Source: Geotalea daltonii FRC-32
GTDB taxonomy: Bacteria > Desulfobacterota > Desulfuromonadia > Geobacterales > Geobacteraceae
DNA length: 32,000 bases
Direction of reading: 5' to 3'
Assembly (NCBI RefSeq): GCF_000022265.1
Contig: NC_011979.1
Coordinates: 210,001 to 242,000 of the forward strand
In this document: piece after piece, positions 24,921 through 32,000 of the stretch
Numbering within the stretch: the first letter of the stretch is position 1
Layout of the letters: each line of letters begins with the position of its first letter
Position numbers and translations under genes: made by a program
The notes under the pieces: model-generated
Database searches by the model: none
Seen by the model: the letters and a program-made list of their open reading frames with translations, nothing else
What the model was told of the DNA's origin: nothing

Positions 24921-24958
24921 AGACAGACAAAATCAAATGCCCGTTCCCAGGCAGACAA

Positions 24959-25999
24959 TCAATCATGATACTTTTTGAGCAGCGCCCTGGCATCCTTCAA
25001 CAGGGCCACGCCGTTGCCCCCTTTGGCATTGACCTCCTTGATCCAGTCATTATCCACGTTTTCGCAGGCTTTCACCCAGCGCTTGTACTCGGCATCGGTC
25101 AAGACATTGAAGGTGTTGCGGCGCTCGACAGCGATCTTTCTCGCCGCCACCGTAAAGCTGTCGAAGGTCTTGCCTGCCCACTTGGATGCTGCAAGGCCAC
25201 TGTTGTTGTCGATTACCTTCTTTAATTCGGGAGACAGACGGTTGTACTTGGCCGGGTTCATGGCGAAGGTGAAGATGGAGTAGGCATGCTTGGCCTGCCC
25301 GGGAGCGGTCTCCGTGTGGGTCTTGCAGATTTCCTGCAGCTTGAAGGCCGTGGTCACTTCCCAGGGGATACTGGCCCCGTCAACCACGCTCTTGGAGATG
25401 GATTCGGGAACGGCCGGCGCCGGCATCTGCACAGGCACTGCGCCGAGCGCCGTCAGGGTCTTGGAACCGATGCGGCTTGGTGCACGAAGTTTCAGCCCCT
25501 TCAGGTCTTCCAGGGTCTTGACCGACTTCTTGCCGAAGTGCATCTGGTTGCCGTCATGCAAATGGGTGAAGAGCAGTTTGGTGCCTTTGAATTCATCCTG
25601 GGCATTTTTCTGGACATATTCCCATAAGGCCTGACTCCCGCCTTCGGAACTCTTGGCCATGAACGGCAGTTCGAAGACCTCGGCCTTGGTGAAGCGTCCC
25701 GCCTGATAGGTGGGCAAGGTCCAGACGATGTCGGCTACCCCGTCACGGACCTGGTCCAGGAGTTGTGCCGGGGTACCCCCCAGCTGCATGGAAGGATAGA
25801 TCTGGCACTTGAGCTTGCCACCTGACTCCTTGCTTATTTTCTCGCACCAGGGGAGTAGTATTTTTTGATGGAAATTGGAGCTGGTCGGCAGGAAGTGGGA
25901 TACCTTCAGGGTAACCACGTCCGATGCGGCACCGGCCGGGACGGATACAAGCAACGTGGCGGCAATGGACAACATGATCAATTTTTTCAGCTGTTTCAT
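24959..25999 (-). CDS. TRAP transporter substrate-binding protein (DctP family)
   Basis: 346 aa with a signal peptide (...VPAGAASD) and a DctP-family body (LKVSHFLP..., LRAPSR...). Confidence 0.9.
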   Translation of the reverse strand: MKQLKKLIMLSIAATLLVSVPAGAASDVVTLKVSHFLPTSSNFHQKILLPWCEKISKESGGKLKCQIYPSMQLGGTPAQLLDQVRDGVADIVWTLPTYQAGRFTKAEVFELPFMAKSSEGGSQALWEYVQKNAQDEFKGTKLLFTHLHDGNQMHFGKKSVKTLEDLKGLKLRAPSRIGSKTLTALGAVPVQMPAPAVPESISKSVVDGASIPWEVTTAFKLQEICKTHTETAPGQAKHAYSIFTFAMNPAKYNRLSPELKKVIDNNSGLAASKWAGKTFDSFTVAARKIAVERRNTFNVLTDAEYKRWVKACENVDNDWIKEVNAKGGNGVALLKDARALLKKYHD

Positions 26000-26019
26000 G
26001 ACAGGCCTCCTCTTTGGGG

Positions 26020-27351
26020 TCAGGGTTGGAACGTATGTACCAGGTACAGGGATATGATGGGGAAAAAGAGCAGCAGGGCAATGCGAACGAAATCGGAGAA
26101 CAGGAACGGCATCACTCCCTTGAAGGTTTCCGTAAGGGGAACGTCCTTGGCCAGGCGGTTGATGATGTAGACGTTCATTCCCACCGGCGGGTGCACCAGG
26201 CCGATCTCCACTACCATAAGGGCCAGAATGCCGAACCAGATGGATTTGTCTTCCGGTGCCAGACCCCAGTAATTCAATCCCATGACGATGGGATAGAAGA
26301 TGGGAATGGTGAGCAGGATCATGGCCAGGGAGTCCATGACGCAGCCCAGGAAGATGTAGATCAAAAGGATCATGATCATGATGAGAAGGGGAGACAGGCC
26401 GCAGTTCTGCACCCAGGTCGCCAGTTCGGTCGGCATCTGCGAGACGGCAAGCCCGGTGTTGAGCATGTCGGCGCCGAGCAGCACCAGGAAAATCATCGCC
26501 GTGGCCTGGGCGGTGCCGACCGCGCTTTCGATCACCCCCTGCAGACGCATGCCCCCGGTGATGACGGCGAGAATGCCGCAGGCAGCAGCGCCGATGGCAG
26601 CTGCCTCTGTGGGATTGGTCCAGCCGCCGTAGATGCCGACGATGACCACGACAAAAACAATCAGCACCGGCGTTACCAGCATCAGGCTGCGCAGGCGCTC
26701 CGACCAGGGGACGCTGGGACCGGCCGGACCGGCGGCAGGATTGATGGTGGTGAGAATCCTGACGACGATCATATAGCCGAGCATGGCGATGATGCCCGGC
26801 AGGACCGCGGCCATGAACAACTTACCGATGGACTCCTGGGTGAGGATGGCGTAGATGACTAGCGGCACCGAGGGGGGGATCATGATGCCCAGTGTCCCGC
26901 CGGCCGCCAGGCAGCCGGTGGCGAGCGAACCTGAATAGCCGTAGCGGCGGAGTTCCGGAAGGGCAACCTGCCCCATGGTGGCGGCGGTGGCCAGTGATGA
27001 GCCGCAGATGGCGCCGAATCCGGCACATGCGCCTATGGCAGCCATGGCGATCCCCCCCTTGCGGTGCCCCATAAAAGCGCTGACGCAGCGGAAGAGGGCG
27101 TTGCTGAGGCCGCCATGGGTGGCAAATTGCCCCATCAGCAGAAACAACGGGATCACCACCAGGTCGTAATTGGATAGCCTGGCATAGGCGAGATTCTTGA
27201 GAGTGGCCATGAGCGGCTGAAGCTCGCAGCCCGAAAGAAAGAAATAACCGCCTGCACCTACGGTGAACATGGCGATGCCGATGGGAATGCGGATGACCAG
27301 AAGGCCCATCATCACCGCGAACATGAGGAAACCGATCTGTGTGCCGCTCAT
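26020..27351 (-). CDS. TRAP transporter large permease (DctM family)
   Basis: The hydrophobic core starts at MSGTQIGFLMFAVMMG (Met74 of the tracked ORF). That ATG overlaps the DctQ stop by 4 nt. The tracked 73-aa extension is Arg/Pro-rich and lies inside dctQ. Confidence 0.9.
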   Translation of the reverse strand: MSGTQIGFLMFAVMMGLLVIRIPIGIAMFTVGAGGYFFLSGCELQPLMATLKNLAYARLSNYDLVVIPLFLLMGQFATHGGLSNALFRCVSAFMGHRKGGIAMAAIGACAGFGAICGSSLATAATMGQVALPELRRYGYSGSLATGCLAAGGTLGIMIPPSVPLVIYAILTQESIGKLFMAAVLPGIIAMLGYMIVVRILTTINPAAGPAGPSVPWSERLRSLMLVTPVLIVFVVVIVGIYGGWTNPTEAAAIGAAACGILAVITGGMRLQGVIESAVGTAQATAMIFLVLLGADMLNTGLAVSQMPTELATWVQNCGLSPLLIMIMILLIYIFLGCVMDSLAMILLTIPIFYPIVMGLNYWGLAPEDKSIWFGILALMVVEIGLVHPPVGMNVYIINRLAKDVPLTETFKGVMPFLFSDFVRIALLLFFPIISLYLVHTFQP

Positions 27352-27890
27352 AAGGACCTCCAGACGGCCAGGCGCAGCTGGTGGATGCTCATGTAAAAGC
27401 CGGCCACGGCCAGCAGCACGAAACCGGGTACCATGAGTGCCTGAGGGATCCAGACGGGCCAGCTGAGGATGGCCGAAGTTTCCCCAACCTCTTTCAGTGC
27501 CAGGGCTCCGGCGGCAGTCCGCCAGGCGATCAAGGCGCCGAACAGGCCTACCATCAGCGAACCCAGGCAATCGAGAAGCGCCACCTTGTGCGGCGCCATT
27601 TTATGGGTGAAAAAATCAACTTTGATGTCACCATGGATCAGGTGACAGTAAGCAAAAAAGGTCGACAGGGCCAGTGCTGCACACATTTGCAGGACTTCCA
27701 CGTCTCCGGGTACAGCAAAGCTGAAGAGCTTGCGGCCGACAACGGAGACCAGAGACATTATCACCAGTCCCATGAAAATCAGTCCACCACCAAGGGCGAG
27801 GGCGCGAGACAGCTTCAACAGCAGGTTGCCGAAAGGCCCGAAACTGTCGGAAGTGGTGAAAGGGGCGTAAGATAGAGGTTCTTCCCGCAT
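27348..27890 (-). CDS. TRAP transporter small permease (DctQ family)
   Basis: 180 aa with four hydrophobic helices. The ATG is preceded by AGGAGG. Confidence 0.85.
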   Translation of the reverse strand: MREEPLSYAPFTTSDSFGPFGNLLLKLSRALALGGGLIFMGLVIMSLVSVVGRKLFSFAVPGDVEVLQMCAALALSTFFAYCHLIHGDIKVDFFTHKMAPHKVALLDCLGSLMVGLFGALIAWRTAAGALALKEVGETSAILSWPVWIPQALMVPGFVLLAVAGFYMSIHQLRLAVWRSL

Positions 27891-28171
27891 GGATTTATTC
27901 CTCCTAGTGTTGAACTGTTCCGATTACGTCTTGCACAGACCAGAGGGGTCTCAGTGTTCTGCATCGGCATTTTTAAGAATCCCCGACCAGTCGTATTGTT
28001 GCTCTTTCATTTGTAGCTCCTTTAGCTTTCGGATCAGCCTTGAATAAGGGTGTGCAGTCACAGTTGGATGAAGACGAACTTCTGGCGTTCCTTTCACAGG
28101 GAGGAGTCCGTGAAAGTGGGGGCACCCTGTGCAGAGTGCCCATGGTCATCACATTTCAAGCATTAAGGGTT

Positions 28172-29521
28172 TTAAAAGAAATAATAGGCAGCGAAACGGA
28201 CAATATTGTTCTGGCCGCTGGCGGTGGTAGCTGCGCCGGTGGTTGTGGCCATATACTGGGTTTTATTGTGCTCGAATTCGGTGGCCAGCCTGATTGCCGC
28301 ATTCAGATCATAGGTGATGTTGGCGTAGACAAGCTCGTTATACCGTTCGACTCCGTTTACGGCGCCCTGGCTGAGACCTATGGTGGCAGCGGAAAGGCCG
28401 TTGTAGTTATCGGAATTAAGCACACTACGGCGATTGTAGCCACCGGTGATCCCCATATCCTGGGTCGGATAGAATTTGAGCTGGCCATAATAGCCGTATC
28501 CCTTGGCGCCGGTCAGGTCAGGTTTAGATCCGACAACCGACAGGGCAGTTGCCCCCTGCATGTCCATCCCTGAGGCGATGTAGGCCTGGGTCTCAAGGGA
28601 CATGGTCATGGCCCGGTTTTTACCGTCCTTGGACTTGAGGAGCGGGACAAAGCCGTAGACGCCGTAGCCGTACACATCAACCTGGTGGTTCCCTGCGATT
28701 TTTTGCCTGCCACCAAGGCCGAACAGCCCTGCCTGAAGCGGACTCATGCCGAGGCCCATGAATCCGGGCGAAACACCGAGCGCTTTGCTGGAGAACATGA
28801 TTTGTCCTGCTGCATTAACCAGACTGCCGTAACCGCCAGTTTTGGAGAATGAGGCGGCAGCGCCAGAAGCGCTGTCCTGGCCCGGGTTCTGGAGGGAGAG
28901 GACCAGCTTCAGGGAGTTGTCTGCGTTCAGATTGTATTTCTGGGTCAGGCGGATCTGGGGTACCCGTGGATTGTTGGGAGCGCCGGTTGAGCTACCCTGG
29001 GAGAAATCGATGGTATCGGCTGCGGCCGGGCCGAAGACGTCCCAGAACTGACCGAATAGCACCTGGGTATTGGCCCAGTCAAGGCTGCCGTAAGCATGGC
29101 GCAGCCTGAAGTTGGGATTTTCGTTCGTTGTGGCGGCTGAACCTCCACCATAAAAGTCTGCCTCGACAAGGGCGTTGGTTTTTGCCCCCAGAAAGGTCGG
29201 ACCCGCTACCTTGAACCAGAGCCGGGACTGCTTTGCGGTAAAGATCGATTCATCCTTGCTGCCGTTGATGGGGAGGTTTTGAAAAGCTACCGGGCTGCGG
29301 GGACCGACGGCATTGGTGTTATGGGCATAGTCGAGTTTGACATAGCCGCCGAGGGAAAGATTGAACTTGCTCTTTACCGGCGAAGCCATGGCGCCGTAGA
29401 CACCTGGAGCCACTTCGCATGATGGTGAATAATCACAGTTGTACGGGGCTGTTTCTTCCGCCATGGCGGGTGCTGCAAAGAGCAAGAGTGTTGCTGCCGA
29501 CAAACCTAATCTTTTAATCAC
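28172..29521 (-). CDS. outer-membrane beta-barrel porin
   Basis: Signal peptide (IKRLGLSAATLLLFAAPAMA), alternating-hydrophobicity strands and a C-terminal aromatic ending AAYYFF. GTG 29521 has AAGGAGG 6 nt upstream and is preferred over the tracked ATG 29551. Confidence 0.7.
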   Translation of the reverse strand: MIKRLGLSAATLLLFAAPAMAEETAPYNCDYSPSCEVAPGVYGAMASPVKSKFNLSLGGYVKLDYAHNTNAVGPRSPVAFQNLPINGSKDESIFTAKQSRLWFKVAGPTFLGAKTNALVEADFYGGGSAATTNENPNFRLRHAYGSLDWANTQVLFGQFWDVFGPAAADTIDFSQGSSTGAPNNPRVPQIRLTQKYNLNADNSLKLVLSLQNPGQDSASGAAASFSKTGGYGSLVNAAGQIMFSSKALGVSPGFMGLGMSPLQAGLFGLGGRQKIAGNHQVDVYGYGVYGFVPLLKSKDGKNRAMTMSLETQAYIASGMDMQGATALSVVGSKPDLTGAKGYGYYGQLKFYPTQDMGITGGYNRRSVLNSDNYNGLSAATIGLSQGAVNGVERYNELVYANITYDLNAAIRLATEFEHNKTQYMATTTGAATTASGQNNIVRFAAYYFF

Positions 29522-29609
29522 AGTTGCCTCCTTCATTGCATCAGTGTCCAAACGTCACTGTGGTTAATAAACTGCCTCACCAAATTTCTTCTACTGCTCC
29601 CCCTTCGTG

Positions 29610-30158
29610 TCAATCTCCGCCAACCAGGTCGTTCATCTGTGCAGGGCCTCCCTGCTTCATGACTCCATAACCTCCTTTGCTACCGACAAAGCCAAGGACT
29701 TCAATCGTGCCCACCGCTTCACCCGGGGCCAGTCCAAGCCCTTCAACGACAGTTCCCCCACGGAATACCTTCAGTTTCTGCCCGATGTTAATTCCTGCCT
29801 CCCGGCCCAGGTTGAAGTAGACCTTGTCCTTATCCACCGCTACTACCATGCCGAAGCGTGGAATTAGTGCGGCCGGCTTGCCGCCCGGTGCAACTATGCC
29901 TGTCTCCCCGGCTGGTACAGGCGTCGAGCCCTTGATGGCCTCATAGCCTTGTTTAGCCAGCTCGCCCCCCCGGGGTACGCCGCTGTCCACATAGCTCCGC
30001 GGAACCCAGATGGTTTCGGGGGCATTGGGGGACATGGTGAAGGCAGGATTGGCAACCTCAACGTAGTCACGCCTGCTGGAGGAACCGGTGTTAGTGCCGG
30101 CACAGCCGGCCAGAAACAGCAGGCCGAGAGTGATCACTATCTTGTTCAAAGTCCGCAT
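29610..30158 (-). CDS. hypothetical lipoprotein
   Basis: Signal peptide with a perfect lipobox LLFLAGC. ATG preceded by AGGAGA. No family recognised. Confidence 0.65.
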   Translation of the reverse strand: MRTLNKIVITLGLLFLAGCAGTNTGSSSRRDYVEVANPAFTMSPNAPETIWVPRSYVDSGVPRGGELAKQGYEAIKGSTPVPAGETGIVAPGGKPAALIPRFGMVVAVDKDKVYFNLGREAGINIGQKLKVFRGGTVVEGLGLAPGEAVGTIEVLGFVGSKGGYGVMKQGGPAQMNDLVGGD

Positions 30159-30194
30159 ATCTTTCTCCTGTTAGCGCGAGTCGACATCAATCGG

Positions 30195-31754
30195 TCAGGC
30201 TGCCTGGCTATAGACCATGTTGCGTAGCTCAAAACGCTTGATTTTTCCGGTGGCGGTCTTGGGGAGCTCATCGAGAAAGCGGACCCACCGTGGATATTTA
30301 TAGAGGGCGAGGGAGGATTTGACGAAATCCTGCAGTTCCGCTTCCATGTGCGTTGCGGATTGATCGGGCTTTTTCAGCACCACGAACGCCATGGGTTTGA
30401 TCAGGTTGTTTTCGTCTGGGGCGCCGATGACAGCACATTCAAGAACGGCAGGATGCTTGATCAGGCAAGATTCCACTTCGTTGGGCGATACCCAGATCCC
30501 ACCCACCTTGAGCATGTCGTCGGAACGGCCGGCACAGTAGAAATAGCCCTGTTCGTCCTGGTAATACTTGTCACCGGTGTTGACCCAGTGTCCCATCATG
30601 GTCTGGCGGGTCTTCTGGTGCTTGTTCCAGTAAAAGGCGGCGGCGCTGTCCCCCTTGACCAGCAGGGTGCCGATCTCTCCCGGCGCCACGTCGGTCATCT
30701 CCTCGGAAACGATGCGGGCTTCATAGCCGGGAACTACCTTGCCGGAACTGCCGGCATGGATGTCGCCGGGAAGATTGGAGATGAAGATGTGGGCCATTTC
30801 GGTAGAGCCGATGCCGTCGAGAATGTCCAGGTCAAAACGGTCTTTCCAGCGATTGATATAATCTCCGGGAAGTGCTTCTCCTGCCGAAACGCACAGCCTG
30901 ACATTGTCCATGCTTCCTTCTGCTTCCAGCATCTGGCCATAGAGGGTCGGCACGCCGAAGAAGAGGGTGGGGCGATGGCGATGGATGGTGCCGTAAACCT
31001 GATCGGGGGTCGGCCTTTTCGGCAGGTAGATTGCTGTGGCGCCGACGCCGAAGGGAAAATAGAGGCCGTTACCCAGGCCATAGGCGAAGAACAGTTTTGC
31101 AGCGGAAAAGCAGTAGTCGTCTTCTTTGATGCCTAGCACCTGCTTGCCGTAGGTTTCGGTGGCATAGACCATGTCGTGCTGGAGGTGGACCGTGCCCTTG
31201 GGCGCGCCGGTGGAGCCGGAGCTGTAGAGCCAGAAACAGGCGTCATCGCTGCAGGTGGATGCTGCTTCCAGGTGAGTGGACTGATCGGCGGTCAGCTCGT
31301 CCAGGGAGAGATCACCGGCTGGCGCTTCACCATTGGCGACGATGATCTGTCTGACAAAGAGCAGGTTGTTGCGGATCGGCTCGATCAGTTCCAGCAGGGA
31401 GGCATCCACAACCAGCACCCGTGCCCGGCTGTCATTGAGATAATATTCGAAATCCTTGGGGCGGTTCATGGTATTGAGACAGATGGGTACGGCGCCGATT
31501 TTGATGGCGCCGAAAAAGGCCTGGGGATAAATTTCCGTGTCCAGGAGGAGCAGGGCGACCCGCTCTTCCATGCGGACGTCCAGGGATTTGAGGGCGTTGC
31601 CGAAGCGGTTGACATTTTCCTGAAGCTGCCCGTAGGTGAAAGCCCGCTCCTCACAGAGCACTGCCGTTTTATTGGCGCGTCCTTCGCGGACATTGCGGTC
31701 AATGAAATAGTCGGCGGCATTGAATTGTTCCGGCAGATTCAGGTTGTAAGGCAT
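30195..31754 (-). CDS. benzoate-CoA ligase family AMP-forming acyl-CoA synthetase
   Basis: N-terminus MPYNLNLPEQFNAADYFIDRN... and AMP-binding motifs (LYSSGSTGAPKG, YRTGD-like NTGDKY, C-terminal PKTATGKIKR). ATG 31754 follows GGAGG. Confidence 0.85.
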   Translation of the reverse strand: MPYNLNLPEQFNAADYFIDRNVREGRANKTAVLCEERAFTYGQLQENVNRFGNALKSLDVRMEERVALLLLDTEIYPQAFFGAIKIGAVPICLNTMNRPKDFEYYLNDSRARVLVVDASLLELIEPIRNNLLFVRQIIVANGEAPAGDLSLDELTADQSTHLEAASTCSDDACFWLYSSGSTGAPKGTVHLQHDMVYATETYGKQVLGIKEDDYCFSAAKLFFAYGLGNGLYFPFGVGATAIYLPKRPTPDQVYGTIHRHRPTLFFGVPTLYGQMLEAEGSMDNVRLCVSAGEALPGDYINRWKDRFDLDILDGIGSTEMAHIFISNLPGDIHAGSSGKVVPGYEARIVSEEMTDVAPGEIGTLLVKGDSAAAFYWNKHQKTRQTMMGHWVNTGDKYYQDEQGYFYCAGRSDDMLKVGGIWVSPNEVESCLIKHPAVLECAVIGAPDENNLIKPMAFVVLKKPDQSATHMEAELQDFVKSSLALYKYPRWVRFLDELPKTATGKIKRFELRNMVYSQAA

Positions 31755-31800
31755 GATGCACCTCCTCGGATGTTGTTGCTGTTTTAGTAAAATAATGTTT

Positions 31801-31816
31801 TGCAAATTAGGAACCC
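31801..31816 (-). promoter_or_regulatory. candidate sigma-54 (-24/-12) promoter upstream of the CoA-ligase gene
   Basis: The reverse complement reads GGGTTC-CTAAT-TTGCA, with correctly spaced GG-N10-GC and a perfect -12 TTGCA. It lies ~47 nt upstream of the ATG. Confidence 0.4.
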
Positions 31817-32000
31817 AATAAATAAAAACAGGGAAGTAATTATTGTAACTTTGCGTAATAAAAGAATAATATGAGATATTATTTTTCTGTTACCTTGTTT
31901 TACTAAGCTGTAAATAACGGCGATATGTAAAATTTTGATCGAGGGATGTAAAGAAATGATCAGGTTGAAAAGGACGGGTGGATATGCAGGTACCTGATTG

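Noticed and set aside
26020-27570. 73-aa N-terminal extension of the DctM ORF, and 27-aa extension of the thioesterase ORF (up to 22337).
   Set aside because: The extensions overlap the preceding genes and are Arg/Pro-rich and non-hydrophobic. Internal ATGs give the canonical 4-nt overlapped starts.
27951-28010. A 19-codon minus-strand ORF (MKEQQYDWSGILKNADAEH) with a strong AAAGGAG SD, 60 nt upstream of dctQ.
   Set aside because: It is very short, hydrophilic and has no recognisable family. It could be a leader peptide, but sequence alone does not support it. Ribosome profiling or conservation analysis would be needed.

Overview
This 32-kb chromosomal segment reads like a Geobacter/Desulfuromonadales-type genome; that is inferred from gene content and sequence style only, with no search run. 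Two GC-rich, host-like flanks of carboxylate and acyl-CoA metabolism bracket an accessory patch of about 10 kb (roughly 11.3-21.7 kb).

Left flank, minus strand: a partial crotonase, a thiolase, an ActP-type acetate symporter with its DUF485 partner, an acetyl-CoA hydrolase/transferase behind a sigma-54-type promoter, and a PAS/GAF sigma-54 activator. A plus-strand MBL-hydrolase / MoxR AAA+ / VWA operon follows.

Right flank, minus strand: a 4HBT thioesterase-MFS-DUF294 nucleotidyltransferase operon, a TRAP transporter (P, M, Q), a porin, a lipoprotein, and a benzoate-CoA-ligase-family enzyme with a second sigma-54-like promoter.

The accessory patch starts exactly at the stop codon of the VWA gene. 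The last 40 nt of that gene recur 6 kb downstream with only synonymous changes, which looks like an att-type duplication, but no integrase lies between the copies. Inside the patch are:
- co-oriented, visibly AT-richer orphan ORFs separated by a family of ~75-95 bp palindromic repeats;
- one 84-nt hairpin with integron attC-like architecture;
- an array of four dyad-symmetric 18-mers;
- three toxin modules (RHH + RelE/ParE, class II Fic, HipBA) interleaved with two fragments of a HAF-repeat gene.

The cassette-like array together with the att-like duplication is the most interesting part. I recognised no rRNA, tRNA, CRISPR array, transposase or integrase gene. All coordinates, motifs and pairings were derived by eye from the sequence. 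All homology calls rest on remembered family signatures, not on searches.
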